Positions 1 to 11,856 of a stretch of DNA of 64,000 bases are shown in pieces; the first letter of the stretch is position 1, and each line of letters begins with the position of its first letter. This DNA comes from Diplonema japonicum. Taxonomy: Eukaryota > Protista > Euglenozoa: Diplonemea. The stretch covers positions 434,001 through 498,000 of the forward strand of contig OZ025672.1 in NCBI GenBank assembly GCA_964019335.1, read 5' to 3'. The position numbers were made by a program, and so were the translations under genes. Under the pieces are notes generated by a model. It was not told the DNA's origin. It did no database searches and was given only the letters and a program-made list of their open reading frames with translations.

Positions 1-1752
1 CAAGATGGTTTGGTCATCGACCTGTGCGTTGCCGTCGGACCAGCTCATTATGTCGTCGTTGTTGTTGTTGTTGTTGTTGTTGTTATGTGAATGCTGTGTG
101 GGGACGGGTGGCCTTGCCTGCCTGCCTTGCGTTGTTGTGTCCCTTCCGTCGATGCCTCTCTGTGAGTCGTAGGTGTATGGGACTGCATTGCCACCCGCAC
201 CGCCTCGCATGTTCCTTCCAGGCGGCATTCCTAGCCTCTTCCCTGAAGAGCTGGCCCACTGGTAGTCTGCCTGTGGGTTCAGTGCTGAATCGATCTTTGC
301 CTTCTCCTCCATCGATGCTTGTTTTCTTACTTGCATATTTACACCCCCATCAGAACCTCCCATCACTGACAGTTCGTGTCTATCCGGTGGTTTGATGTAC
401 TTCATATTCTGCGAATCATCTAGCCCCGTCGACTTCCCCTTGAGGGTTGCCTCCACAAGATGGACCACCTCGCTGCTCTGTCCTTCTTGGAACTGCTCGA
501 ACTTCGCTCTTAAAAATTCGAACAGTGAGTTCACAAATGACCTGTCCGCTTTCTGCTCCAAAAGCTTCAGGTCGCACTTGCTCTTCATCGCTTCACAGAA
601 GTTATCCGATGAGACCTTCGTGGAGTCCAGCACCATGATTTTTGTTTTCAAAAAGTCGACAGTTTCATAGAGACCTTTGTCCATGTTCTCATGAATCATT
701 TCGAGGACTTTCTGTATGCTGGCCTTTCCTTTCAGTTCCCTTTGGAGCTCTAGGACTTGAACTGAAAAGTCGTCTTGGTCTTCCTCCTTCATTTGTTTGA
801 TACGGGTGCGGATGTCAGATTGTATTTTTGAACGAAGCTCTAGGAAGGGAAGCGAGTTGTGCATTATGTTTATTCGTCTGTCGAGTTCAGGTATCTGGTA
901 TTCGTTTTCCTCATCGTTGCGTGTTTCGTAGATCTGGGTAATCTCCTCGGTGTCCAGACACAGCACGTGGTAGAGGGCAGCCGATTTAGTTTCGGCATCT
1001 ACGAAGCGTGTGGTGCTGGCACTGTTCGATTCGTTAAGCTGGTATTTAATCTCGGTGTCGTTGGTGTCGATTATTTCCATCAGCTCCTTCTTGTCGAACT
1101 CTTGCAAGCGACGCATCGAGTTGAGGTTCTCGTCCAGCACGAGTTGCGCGTCTTGCAAATTCTTCGCAGTGAGCGACATGGAGTCCTGCACACGCAGCTG
1201 AGACGCGCGGTCCAGCGCTTCAAGCTGCTCTTTGAAGTTCGCTTCAATAAGAAGCTGTGACTCTAATATGTTCCGTTGCTGTTCCTCGGCTGTATCATCT
1301 CTGATGGGTTCCCACCATGAATCGAGAAGGCGTTCAACGTGAGTTTCAATGAACTGCCGGACTTGTGTTCCATCTGCGTTCTCAACGTCTGCGAGTCTTT
1401 GATTCGTCTGCGCCAACATCTGGTGCATGTCGCCCACTGAGTTGTTGAACTCCTTTGTCCCGACATACGCCTCTGGTAGTGCTTCGTACTTCTGGTGCAG
1501 ATTGGTGACCTTTGTTTCCAAGTCCATTCTGTGCCGATCTGCCTTCTGCAGGATATCCTTCAGCCTGATCCTGAAGTCGTCTTGCAGCTTCCTCAACTGA
1601 AAGAAGTCCTCTGTCAGCCCGCCTAGCATCTTTGTATTCATCGCAATATCATCATGCATGCTCTGCAGCAACCCTTGCAACCCGCTGATGTTCAAATCAA
1701 AGCTGAGCTTCACCACACCATCAGTCTTGAAGTCTTCGTCTTTTTTAGCCAT
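1..1752 (-). CDS. Coiled-coil protein, 3'-partial (runs off the window edge)
   Basis: ATG at 1752 (MAKKDEDFKTDG...); no stop seen in the parts of this frame I translated (1-900 and the 5' end); heptad-rich E/K/L/Q composition; poly-Asn from (GTT)n at 58-84. Absent from the ORF track, consistent with no stop in the window. Confidence 0.75.
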   Translation of the reverse strand, partial: MAKKDEDFKTDGVVKLSFDLNISGLQGLLQSMHDDIAMNTKMLGGLTEDFFQLRKLQDDFRIRLKDILQKADRHRMDLETKVTNLHQKYEALPEAYVGTKEFNNSVGDMHQMLAQTNQRLADVENADGTQVRQFIETHVERLLDSWWEPIRDDTAEEQQRNILESQLLIEANFKEQLEALDRASQLRVQDSMSLTAKNLQDAQLVLDENLNSMRRLQEFDKKELMEIIDTNDTEIKYQLNESNSASTTRFVDAETKSAALYHVLCLDTEEITQIYETRNDEENEYQIPELDRRINIMHNSLPFLELRSKIQSDIRTRIKQMKEEDQDDFSVQVLELQRELKGKASIQKVLEMIHENMDKGLYETVDFLKTKIMVLDSTKVSSDNFCEAMKSKCDLKLLEQKADRSFVNSLFEFLRAKFEQFQEGQSSEVVHLVEATLKGKSTGLDDSQNMKYIKPPDRHELSVMGGSDGGVNMQVRKQASMEEKAKIDSALNPQADYQWASSSGKRLGMPPGRNMRGGAGGNAVPYTYDSQRGIDGRDTTTQGRQARPPVPTQHSHNNNNNNNNNDDIMSWSDGNAQVDDQTIL

Positions 1753-1852
1753 CTTGGAACCTTGCCTGAACCTGGAAAATGTGATCCGTTGTAATAGGTT
1801 TCGGTTAAGAGGTAATTTTTGTTTTCTTTTCTTTTTTCTTTTTTTTTGTCAT

Positions 1853-3154
1853 TCAGCTTTCGAGCTCCGTAATGAGGTTAGAGAGCCTCTCCTGCAGAGA
1901 GGCCAAGGTGCGCCGCTTGCTGAGCACCGCAGGACTGGGCTGTTTAAGGTTGTCAAGTTTTTCTTTGTATTTAGGAACGTTTGCCTGGGACTGAGTGAGC
2001 AGGGAGGTCTCTAGGACCAGGTCGGGGGCGAGCGCGTCACGTTTCTGTTGTATCTCCTTGAGCTTCTTGCGGAGTTTCGTGGTCTCTCGTTTGAGTGTGG
2101 TGCGCGACCTTGTGATGGCTTCGGTTTCCTCGGCCAACTTTTCCTTTGCTTTCTGCAAGGGTTCGAGGGTGTCGGCGATCTCCTGTTTGATGATGCTGAG
2201 CTTGCCTTCATAATGTATTCTTTGTGCTTCAAGCTGTCCTTCTAAGAGACCGGAGTAGGCATCCGAGACACCTTCCAGGTGAGATTCAAACTTCGCATCT
2301 TCCATGTCAAGTGTTTCTTCATGCCGTGCTGAGGCATCACCACCGTCCACGCCTGCTACAGGCTTTCCGTCAATACGGTTTGCGACTAAACGATGTACGA
2401 ATCCGTCCCCTGCGTAGTCCCACACAGACCCGCTGTAAACCTCTAGGCAGTAGGTGTGTGCGGTTGTTCGATAGTGTTGCTCGGCGTGTGCTTTCTGGTA
2501 TCTCCCGCAGCCGAGGTCGCCGCATACCAAGCACATCCAAAGTGGGTCCACTTCGTTGCAATCCTCTTCTGAGCACTTCATGCCCAGTTCCTGCGGGTTA
2601 AACCTGCACACTGGGCATCCATTGGTGTGATCCCATTTCTGTAGACATATCATGTGTGCCGTGTGCCCGCACATTGTAGTCCACAACGCTCCATTATCTT
2701 GTTCCCCGTCTTCCGTTTCTTGTGCTACGTGTAATTCCTCCAAACACACCGGGCAGTTCTCTGCTGTCTCGTTGTTGTCCAGCCTTGGGAGTACACCACC
2801 TCCAGCCTCAGCGTCCACGCATCTTATGAAGAGGACCTCATTCCCCAACGCTGTCATATGCTTCCCGTTGTACTGCGCTCTGAAGGCCTCCGCCTTTTCT
2901 ACGCCTGAAAACCTAACTACTATAAAGTACTGCGCTTGGTTAGATTCGCAGCCCAGGATCCTGAAGGTCGCAATATCCGCTCGGTAGGTAGCGATGTGCG
3001 CAAGAACCTCCGTTGGCAAGATGAACTTTGGCACGTTCTCTACGCAAACCGTGTCAGAGCTTTGGCACACATGCAGCACACCCTTCCTGTGCTGCCCGGG
3101 GTTCCTTGGGTTCCCTGTGAAGTACGCGATGGTGTCATCCTGCCCGCCTGACAT
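1853..3154 (-). CDS. BRAP2: BRAP2/ETP1-like E3 ubiquitin ligase (BRAP2 RRM-like, RING, ZnF-UBP, coiled coil)
   Basis: CPVCLEEL...CGHTAHMICLQKW...CPVCR RING; LWMCLVCGDLGCGRYQKAHAEQHY...VWDYAGDGFVHRL ZnF-UBP; likely start MSGGQDD at 3154. Confidence 0.9.
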   Translation of the reverse strand: MSGGQDDTIAYFTGNPRNPGQHRKGVLHVCQSSDTVCVENVPKFILPTEVLAHIATYRADIATFRILGCESNQAQYFIVVRFSGVEKAEAFRAQYNGKHMTALGNEVLFIRCVDAEAGGGVLPRLDNNETAENCPVCLEELHVAQETEDGEQDNGALWTTMCGHTAHMICLQKWDHTNGCPVCRFNPQELGMKCSEEDCNEVDPLWMCLVCGDLGCGRYQKAHAEQHYRTTAHTYCLEVYSGSVWDYAGDGFVHRLVANRIDGKPVAGVDGGDASARHEETLDMEDAKFESHLEGVSDAYSGLLEGQLEAQRIHYEGKLSIIKQEIADTLEPLQKAKEKLAEETEAITRSRTTLKRETTKLRKKLKEIQQKRDALAPDLVLETSLLTQSQANVPKYKEKLDNLKQPSPAVLSKRRTLASLQERLSNLITELES

Positions 3155-3416
3155 GGATGCTTGCAACCCACACCTGTGGATTGTACTTGTTTCTCTTATT
3201 TTTTTGTTTTTGCCATATAACAATAAAAAAAGGAGAAAACATTTTCGGAAACAAAACTGAGAGTACACCGGGGGAGAAAGAAAAGAAAAAAAAAAGAAGA
3301 TAGAGATAAAGAAATCACTTGTGGATTGGATTGGTCAATCCTACCAAATTAAAAAGAAAAGGAAACTTACCATAATCAGCTGAGGGGGAGGAAGAAAGTG
3401 TAAATGGATATAAAAA

Positions 3417-3448
<32 letters not shown>

Positions 3449-3502
3449 AAAAAAAGAAGAAGAGAAGTGAATTTGACGTTGTTTTACCCTTCTGATAAAA
3501 AC

Positions 3503-4312
3503 TTACTCGCTCACCAGTTGGGACCCAATCGGTGGGACAGGGACACGGGAGTACCACATGTTGCGGAGTTGCTGAAGTTTGTCAGGGGCGATGATGGGAG
3601 CGGGCTTCTGGAGGTCTGCGGGCTGCCTCTTCTCCGTGTGGAGGGATTTGATGAGCTTTTGCTTCTCAGCTGCCTTCTGTCGGTAGCGCTCTGCTTCCGT
3701 TAGACGTGCAGTGTTGTAGGTCTGCATCACAGTGTCCCGTGCGGACTGCATCTTTTTAAGCCTCTCTTTACGCAACTCGAGGGTCTGGTCTCTGTTTAGC
3801 GTGGCCTGCTCAGTTCGTTTATGTGCAGTGTGCACCCATTCAGGTGTGGAAGGCCGTGCTTCTATCACCTTTCGCTTTGGAACAGCAGGCAACGGGGTGT
3901 TTTGCCACAAACACGACACATCGATCATTGGGACAAACCTACCGTGATGATCAGGGCATTTAAAGTACCGCACTCCTCCTAAACACCCGTCAGTGTCGCC
4001 TATGGGTTCTGAAAAGGCGACCCCAGCACAGGTTCCCAATGGGTCCGCCTCCCCAAGAAACATCAAAACACCGGGGCCTAGGTTGTGAACGAGCACATTT
4101 CGACCTACTTGTAGCTTGTGTCGGAGCTTTGACCCAGCAAGGCCGGCGGCTCTAACCTGCTCTTTGAACCCTTTTCTGCTTTCCAAGACCTTTCCGATCA
4201 TGCTTTCGTACACAGGTCGTGAGGCATCGAAAAGCCGTGCAGTCCCCCTTGACGATGACCTCACACCCCCGGGCGTCAGTTTCCACTTGCTTCTCAGTGG
4301 GTACTCATCCAT
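3503..4312 (-). CDS. CAP-Gly domain protein
   Basis: AGVAFSEPIGDTDGCLGGVRYFKCPDHHGRFV matches the CAP-Gly GKNDG..G.RYF.C motif. Confidence 0.75.
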   Translation of the reverse strand: MDEYPLRSKWKLTPGGVRSSSRGTARLFDASRPVYESMIGKVLESRKGFKEQVRAAGLAGSKLRHKLQVGRNVLVHNLGPGVLMFLGEADPLGTCAGVAFSEPIGDTDGCLGGVRYFKCPDHHGRFVPMIDVSCLWQNTPLPAVPKRKVIEARPSTPEWVHTAHKRTEQATLNRDQTLELRKERLKKMQSARDTVMQTYNTARLTEAERYRQKAAEKQKLIKSLHTEKRQPADLQKPAPIIAPDKLQQLRNMWYSRVPVPPIGSQLVSE

Positions 4313-4802
4313 GCAGGGATAACAGCAGCCCCCACACTGTGATAAATAGTTTCCAAAAGAGAACGAACAAAAGGAGAATATATAAAAAAAAAGAGAGAAA
4401 CCTAACCAAGTGGGGGGGGGGGGGCGGAAAGACGAATGAGGGGGTTCTTTTTATATTTTTTTTTTTTAAACTCGTTTTTATTCTTCCCTTTCAAAGTTCA
4501 GACACTCCCCCCCTCAAAAAAATATCTTTTGGCACAGACAAGAAAAGTGGTACAGGACTCGGTCAAAAAAAAAAATGGATATAGGTTATGTCGAAGAAGA
4601 AAGCGGACCTGAGCTACGTTGCGAGGCCATGGAGGTAGGGAGTGGGGGTGAGAAGAAGAGATTTAGTATTTTTTTTTTTTCGTTTCTTTTTTTTTCATGC
4701 GGTGAAGGGACATCATTGTGGCTTTGCGTAAGAGCAACACAAGAAGTCACTCCGTTTCGGATTCGGCTTGCAACTCCTCCAGGTGCGCCAGGTGCGAAAA
4801 AC

Positions 4803-6939
4803 TTACCAATCGCCAGAATCGTCTGAGTCGCTATCATCCCGTCTCTGCGCGATCATTTTATTTATCGCTTTTTTAGGTGCTGCTTTTTTTGGCTTCTCAT
4901 CTTCACTACTGCTGTCGTCCTGTGTTTCCATTTCAGCTTCCTTTCCTTGACCATACCTTGCTTGGCGCAGCTGGTTCTTTTTCCTTCTCTTCCTTCGGGG
5001 TTTCCTTCGGTGCTGCATTCTCTTCCTGGGGTATTTTTTTCTTTGATGGCCCAGTACTTCATACCAGCTTCCTGTTGAACGAACTCTTCAACATATGCTG
5101 CCCAGGAGGGTCCTCTGCAGGGCTCGGTTTCGGGCTCTCTGTCTTTAGGTTTGCTGTGCTTCTCAAGAGGTGCTGTCCTAGAACAGGGGTTTCAGCTTTT
5201 TCCTCTTCCTCAGCGTGTACTTTGCTAGTTTTCAATGTATGCTTCCCAAACTGTGGCTCCTCCGCGGGAGCCTGCTCCTTTTCGGACTTTGCGGGATCGG
5301 CATGTATGTTGCCCGTTGACTTCAGGAGGTGTTGTCCCAAGGAAGATTCCTCCTTCTGCGGTGCTGTTTCGGTGCCTTCGTGAATGTTGCTCGTCGACTT
5401 CAACATGTGTTTGCCGAACTGCTCTTGTTGTTCTTCTGCTGGTGTCTCTTCAGGCTTCTTCGTGATTGTGGCCGATCGCAGCTTTACTCTTCCAGCTGCC
5501 GCTTGCAGGGCTATCATATTCTTGGGTGCTGGTGCACCTGAGATACTGCCTGCACCCGGAGGGGGTGTGGAGGGGACGAGCATGGCAGGAGCAGGGCTTA
5601 TTGGTGCTGCCTGTACTGCATACGCAGGCTGAGCCGTGGGAGTAGTCTGAGCCTCGACAGGTACGACGACAGGTACTTCATGTGACTGCGCGGGCAAGAT
5701 GGCTAACCTGTTGGAAGAAGGGACGGGTGCTTGCATGCGCATGGCAACCGCTGGAGGAGCTGCGATGGCGAGGAGAGTCGATGGGGGAGGTGCCGGACGC
5801 GATGCACCTCTGCACCCTGGGGAGTCCCAATCGGAGTCGTCCGACTCAGAGGACCACCCGTCGTCCCCGAACACAGGCTCGTGCAGGGCAGGGGGCGCCA
5901 CATGGAGCTGTGCTTTATTCAGATCAGTAACAGATGGCAGTGCCGCGGTTGCAGGGACAGGCTGTGCCACTTCATTCTGTGCTTCCGGTTCATGCAGAGC
6001 GCCTGTTACACCGCAATATTTCGAACACCTTTTGAGCTGCAGGCATTCCTTGCAGAAGGCATCAAGCGACAGGTCATGGTCGACGGCAGCGTCGGCCACC
6101 AAGCGGAGCACGTCCTTGACAATCTTGTGGCAGTCATTTTGGAGGAGCATTGCGGTTTCGATGTCTTTGAATTCCAGTGCAGGGCCGTCAGGGTGCCATC
6201 TGAGGACTCGGAAGGGCGGACGATCTTCACCATTGACCGCGTACTGCAGGGACCCGTGCGCTGTGTGCATGGTGATGGTGTCACCGTCGTAGTCTTTGAA
6301 CTCAACAGAAGGGGTGTTGGGGATGCTGACGCCAAGCTGTACCTGCTTCACAACGGCCTCCAGTTCGACCACTCTGCGTTGCAGTGCCTCGACATCTGCA
6401 TTAGGCACAGGCGATGAATCATAAGGGGGCACAGGAGAAGGGGAGGCATACTGGGGCGTTTGGTAGGTTGCAGGGTACCCTTGTTGCGGATAAGCTGCTG
6501 GAATAGGCGGCGGGGCCTGTGCTGGATACACCTGCTGTTGCGGGGCCTGCGCTGGATACACCTGCTGTTGCGGGGCTTCTTCGCTGTCGCTGTCTGCCGC
6601 CGCCTTCTTCTTCTTCTTTTCTTTTTTGTCCTTTTTGTCTTTTTTATCTTTCTTTTTCTTCTCTTTCTTCTCGGGCTTTTCCGGTTTCGCATCAGGGTCC
6701 ACGACCCCATGGATGGAACATGTGTGGCACACCTTCTGTGGTGTATAGTACCCGAAGATAGGGATCACCATCGTTGCCTTGCAGTGCTCCGCACAATAGA
6801 CAAAGCCACACCCACGGCAGTGGTGCCGTCGCTTCCTGAGGCCGAATTTCACATCGCATCCAATCTCGTCACATATGAGGGCTTCTGTGTCGTCTTTCCA
6901 TTTTGGCCGTTTGGCCACTTGCGCAGGGGTGGCATCCAT
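4803..6939 (-). CDS. FYVE-domain protein with Pro-rich region, WH2-like repeats and C-terminal central/acidic (WCA-like) tail; exons 6939-5065, 5025-4957, 4919-4803
   Basis: WKDD...RRHHCRGCG..YC..HC...KVCHTC FYVE; GTATG..CAG introns 5064-5026 and 4956-4920 restore the frame to KKAINKMIAQRRDDSDSDDSGDW*. Confidence 0.8.
6511..6576. repeat. 30-bp tandem repeat (2.2 copies) encoding APQQQVYPAQ
   Basis: cggggcctg(t/c)gctggatacacctgctgttg repeated directly. Confidence 0.9.
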
Positions 6940-7481
6940 CTCCACCACCTGTCTCCTGGGTTGTGAGTTGATAAGAAGGGGAAAAGATCACAGAAATGAA
7001 CGTGTTTGTGAGATGAAAAAGGTGTACTGAGAACTAAGAAGAACTAGTGTGTCCCAAAACCCACGCCTATAGGGTACAGGTATAAATTGGTAGGGGGGGG
7101 GGGGGGGGTGCACATAACGAATGGAAAAGGTAAAAGAAAAAAAAAAGCCTAGTGGAAATGGACGCATCATTCCTTTTTAAAAAAAAGGAACATCTGTCAC
7201 GGACAGCCATCTTCGAAGGACAGGACAGGAAAGACTTTTTTTTTTCTTCTGGGGGTATGAGATGGGACGTGGAAACAAATTTGAAGGGGGGGGAAAAGAA
7301 ACTCGTTGGGTAGCAAATTTGCCAATAATAATAAAAAAAAAAACACGTGAAAAACTACAAAAAAAAAGAAGAAAAAGTGTATCTGTCCCTTTTCAAAAAG
7401 GGGATGGGGAGAGGAAAGAAAAAAAAAAGAAAAAGTAACGCGAAGCACCATAACGAATTATTTGGTAAGTGATGTGGCTAA

Positions 7482-8948
7482 TCAGATATAAGTGTCAGTT
7501 GGTTTACTAGGTGGGAACATGTCTAGAGGGTTAGCTGTAGGAGTATCTGGCTCGAGGGACGCCTGCGGGTAGCCTGGTTGTAGCAGTGTTTCAACGTCTG
7601 CAGCAATCCGCTGCAGCAGCTCAAGGGAGTCCGGAGGCTCGGACTTCACGTCAGCGCTGCTTGATGCGAACAAGAAGGCAACACTACGAACGACAATGGC
7701 AACACCAGCAAAGCACGCAATAATGATGAAAAGCCCCCAAAGATGCTGCATTTTAATCTGTATGTCAATGGTATTGTCATAAGTGCAGGCGGAGCCATAG
7801 TTATCCTCCATCATCGACATAAGTAACTTGTTCGTCTGCAGGCCCACAATGGCTTCTGTCACGTTCTGCGCGAGGTCCTTATTCGCAGCTGTCATAAGCA
7901 TCACCACGTATCTCGGGTTGAAAGCAATCTCAGGGATATGCTTCACTTGCGTGCAGAAGCCAAAGTCTCTTTGCATCTGCTTCAGTTCCAGTACGTTGGC
8001 CACCACAGCATCGACGGACTTGTCGGCTAGCTTGTCAAGACAAGACTTCCGTCCTTCAGCCGTAGCCTCCCATAGAGAAGACGGCCCGTCAGGTTGCACT
8101 ACCACCCTAGCATGCTCCGAGATAGACTGTCTTATGGCAGTTCTGTCGAAGTTGCAGACTCTAGATGTTTTGAGCTGTTGCATGTCCCGTGGGCCGTTCA
8201 GTGCCACTTTCTTCGCTGTCAAGATGGACGCGAGGTTTGCGGTGTACGTGGCCGTCACGATGAGAATGAAGAACAGGAACCCCACGCGGAGGAAGCGACC
8301 GACGCGCCCGTCCCTCCGCACACCGTCATACTCCATGCCACCCAGCAGGGAGCTCATCACGAAGTCGACACCCCTTGCTAGCCCCTTTGGCGATATGTCT
8401 TTCGTGTTGCTTTCCAGAACCCAGAACACAAAGGACAAGACGACGACGACTGTGAGAATGGCCATCCACACCTCCAGCGCAAAGGGCTCGAAGATGGACC
8501 ACATGTCGTTGTCCGTCGTGTCGGCACGCACCATCGCCGAGTAGGTGAAAGACACGAAGGGTTGCGTTGTCACGAAGTTCGCCTTCATCTCCGGCGTGAA
8601 AGAGCTAGGGGCCAGTTCATGCGGAAGCATTGTCACGACCCCGTCTTCAAGCAGTTTCAGGAGTTCTGCGTCTGTCGCCCCAGGCGGCGCTGGCACCAGT
8701 TCGTATTCATACCCCATAAACTCTGACAGTCTTGCATGCAGGTCAGGCACCAGCCCCGACCAACATGCCTTGCAGCTCACCTCCGAGCAAGGCCGTGTCT
8801 TGTCCCCACACCTGTAATCCTCTCCATGGAACCTCCACCACGGCTCCCTTGTGGCCGGCAGGATGCCTGCCTTCACTGTTGGATGATTTTTACAGCATCC
8901 TAAAGAGCCGGCTGTCGCCAACCCCAAGAACACTACTAGCGCTGCCAT
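7482..8948 (-). CDS. Ionotropic glutamate receptor-like ligand-gated ion channel
   Basis: Signal peptide MAALVVFLG; S1 TQPF..; WSIFEPFALEVW pre-M1; M3 ATYTANLA (SYTANLA motif); S2 and M4 LWGLFII. Confidence 0.85.
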   Translation of the reverse strand: MAALVVFLGLATAGSLGCCKNHPTVKAGILPATREPWWRFHGEDYRCGDKTRPCSEVSCKACWSGLVPDLHARLSEFMGYEYELVPAPPGATDAELLKLLEDGVVTMLPHELAPSSFTPEMKANFVTTQPFVSFTYSAMVRADTTDNDMWSIFEPFALEVWMAILTVVVVLSFVFWVLESNTKDISPKGLARGVDFVMSSLLGGMEYDGVRRDGRVGRFLRVGFLFFILIVTATYTANLASILTAKKVALNGPRDMQQLKTSRVCNFDRTAIRQSISEHARVVVQPDGPSSLWEATAEGRKSCLDKLADKSVDAVVANVLELKQMQRDFGFCTQVKHIPEIAFNPRYVVMLMTAANKDLAQNVTEAIVGLQTNKLLMSMMEDNYGSACTYDNTIDIQIKMQHLWGLFIIIACFAGVAIVVRSVAFLFASSSADVKSEPPDSLELLQRIAADVETLLQPGYPQASLEPDTPTANPLDMFPPSKPTDTYI

Positions 8949-9033
8949 GTTATGACTGACGGTCTGGTGTCGAAGGGTCACAAGAGAGGCATAGGGGGAA
9001 AAAAGGGAACAAATAAAATGCAAGTTAGGCTTA

Positions 9034-10083
9034 TCAGTGACTTTTGTATCGGTACACTGGTGCGAGGGTTTGGAGGGTGATGCGCTCCCTGCAGAGGGGG
9101 CACAGCGCGGAGGGCGAGCTTCTGCAGAGGCCTGTCACGCAGTCCCAGCAGAAAAGGTGGCCACAGATGGTGGCGGTGGTTGGTCCGTTATGGCGGTCGC
9201 GCATTCCAAGGCAGAGGGAGCATCTCCCAGCTAGCCCATCGGTGTCGTCGTCGTCTTCCTCTTGTGTATCGTCCGCAGTGTCCTGCTGAACGGGGGCCTC
9301 ACCGAGGGTCCGCCCAGGCCCAGCGCCTCCTCTGCGCTTTTTGAGGATACTCCTGACCACCTTGATGCCCTCCACGAACTGCTGTATGATGATCATCCAC
9401 CCTATCATCGTGTAGGACGACCTGCGTTATCACTTGAAGAACAAAAAAAAGGGGGAGGGGGCAACATACGTCCCGGGCATGGGCTTGTTCATGAGGAGCA
9501 TTTTGCTCTTTGCAACCCTATACGAGATGTAATAATATTCCCCGTAAAGGAAAAAGACAGCCAGGTGAAACCGCAGAAGCTCCCGGATAGTGGTTTTCAG
9601 CTGCAGCTGGCGGTGATGGACGTTGAGGGCAAAGTTTCTGAGAGAGCCCATGCGGTCGCTGTTGTCTCTCAAGTAGGTCAACCCTTTTGGGACCCACTTC
9701 TCAATTATGTAAGGGATGGTGCAGAAGAGAAGAATCTGAAGTGCACGAGAAGAACCGGATTGAGGCTCCATTCGTGTGGAGTGGATCTGCATGAGGTCGC
9801 AGTACTCCTCGCCCAACGTTTGCCTCCCGCCGCTTGTTGCCAAGAAATAATAAGCAACTCCCGCGGAAAGTTTTAACTCTTTTTCGTACCCGTTCACCCA
9901 TCTGCGAAAAAAATGTAAAAAAAGAGGGACCGCAACATACCGTGTGCCCAACAATCTAGTGAGCATGTCTTCAACATCTTCTGCTACATGCCTCATGTAG
10001 TAATCATCCTTCTCCGCTGCTCTCAGGATGTACGGTGCCGGAGCAGACTCGAATGACCACTCGGATTTCGGATTCGGTATCAT
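9034..10083 (-). CDS. PEX10: Peroxin 10 (Pex2/Pex12 N-domain plus RING); introns 9940-9902 and 9469-9422
   Basis: ILRAAEKDDYY, QTLGEEYCDL, HLAVFFLYGEYYYISYR, C-terminal CSLCL...CGHLFCWDC...CPLCR; GTATG..CAG introns join the exons in frame. Confidence 0.9.
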
Positions 10084-10488
10084 TATCTCCTCTCTTGTTC
10101 TTCCTTTTTTTTTTCTTTTTTTTTTTTTACTATGTGTCTGTGTGGCATGCATGCAAACAAGAACAAAAAAAAAAATTCTCTTTTTTTTTCTTTTTTTTTT
10201 CCTCTCTCCCTTCTCTCTATGCTACAATAAAAAAAAGTGTTGGTGGAGAAGGAAGACAAAAAAAAAAAGAGTTACATCCCTCTTTTTTTTTCTCTCTCTT
10301 TTTTTTTTTTTTTTTTTCTTTCATACGATGAGTGAACGAAAAATGGAAGTGGGGGAGGGGACGAAGTTCAGGAAGAGAAGGGTTAAAGAGGAGAAAAGAA
10401 GAAAAAAAAAAGTAAATGGGAGGCCGGGAGGACGAGGGAGAAGACACACTTTTTTTTTCCTTCCATCAGGATACCCCTTTCTTTTTTC

Positions 10489-11856
10489 TTAATCCACATC
10501 GTAAATAGCACCTTTTGCGTGAGGGGGGTAATACACCCTTTTTTGCGCTGGTGTAGGTGACACTGGGGCAGCACCGCCAGGTGAGAACGAGAAAAAATCA
10601 TCAAGATCTGTGACATCAACGTGCACGATCTCAATGGGTACATCTACTGCGACAACGGGTGAACTGGCAGGACCCGGCCCCATGGGTGTCGCCACACGCG
10701 CACACACTTCGAACGCAGTCACCTCAGGAAACACGGTACCAACAGCAATGTTCACCTTCAACGGGCCGTCACCTGGAAGGGTGTTTATTTCGTTTCATCC
10801 CATCCCTTTCCCCCATACCAGCAAAGGGATAACACGTCTGCTTCCATTCCACAGGGCATGAGAATAACGCAGGAGTGCCGGACCTTGCATCGACTTGATG
10901 CCGCCATTTTGCAGCAACTGTGAGGGATAAAAATAAAATAAAAAAAATAGAAGAACCCAACATTACATACCAACAGGCTTAATTCCTATCGAAATATGTG
11001 TGGCAGCGACAGGACCTGGGGGGAGGTCGCTTCGGGAAATGGAGAGAGAGAAGTGGCCCGGAGTGACGGAGGTGACAGAGATGCTTTGGGGAGGCGGCTG
11101 GACCGACACAGCGGACGGTTGGGGTGTAGAGGTGAGGAAGTCGAAGGCATCATCAGATTGCACGGTCACAGGGGACGCTTCCGACACGGTGGGCGTGGGC
11201 GTGGGGGAAGGTACTTGAGCAGCGACAGGGGACGGGTCCTGAGGGAACACATCATCTAACCGTGCTGGTTCCTCCTCTTCTCCTTGTTCACTTTCCCCCT
11301 CGCTGACCTGCTTTTCCTCTCCCTTTAAATAACACAGCGCCTGCTCTATATCGCCGTCTGCCAGCAGCAATGCAGACTGCGCAGTGTTGACAGGGTACCC
11401 CATCTCCACTAGCTTATCTAATGTCCCATCTTCAGACGCAGCCGCGGGCTTGGGGCTGGCTTCCTTTTTTACCGGGGTTTCTTTCTTTTGTTCCGTTGCT
11501 TTTTCCTCCTTCTTCACGATGTTGACGGTGGCCATCTTCTCCTTCAGTCCCGACATGGTTTTTGCGCCTGCTGTGGACATGGTTCCCAGAAGGCCTTTCA
11601 TCTTCCCTGCGATGTTTCCCATCATTGCCTCGCCCTTAGCGCTCAGCCCTTCTGCGGGTGGCGGGTCTGTGACTTTGAGCTGCGACTCCTTCGCACCCTT
11701 TTTCGACCCATCTTCGAATTTTATAATATATGTGTGTGGAGTGGTCAGCTTGTCGATGGCTGTCACGACACCCTTGCGAGACTCAGCACCGCTCATGCCA
11801 CTGAAACTGTTATTCACCGGTGCCCATTCCACCCAGTCATGCACCGCGAACGTCAT
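10489..11856 (-). CDS. Tudor/SH3-like + UBA + FN3-like protein; introns 10970-10918 and 10818-10773
   Basis: LDKLVEMGYPVNTAQSALLLADGDIEQALCYL UBA; spliced C-terminus has FEVCARVATPMGPGPASSPV resembling an FN3 F-G strand motif. Confidence 0.7.
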
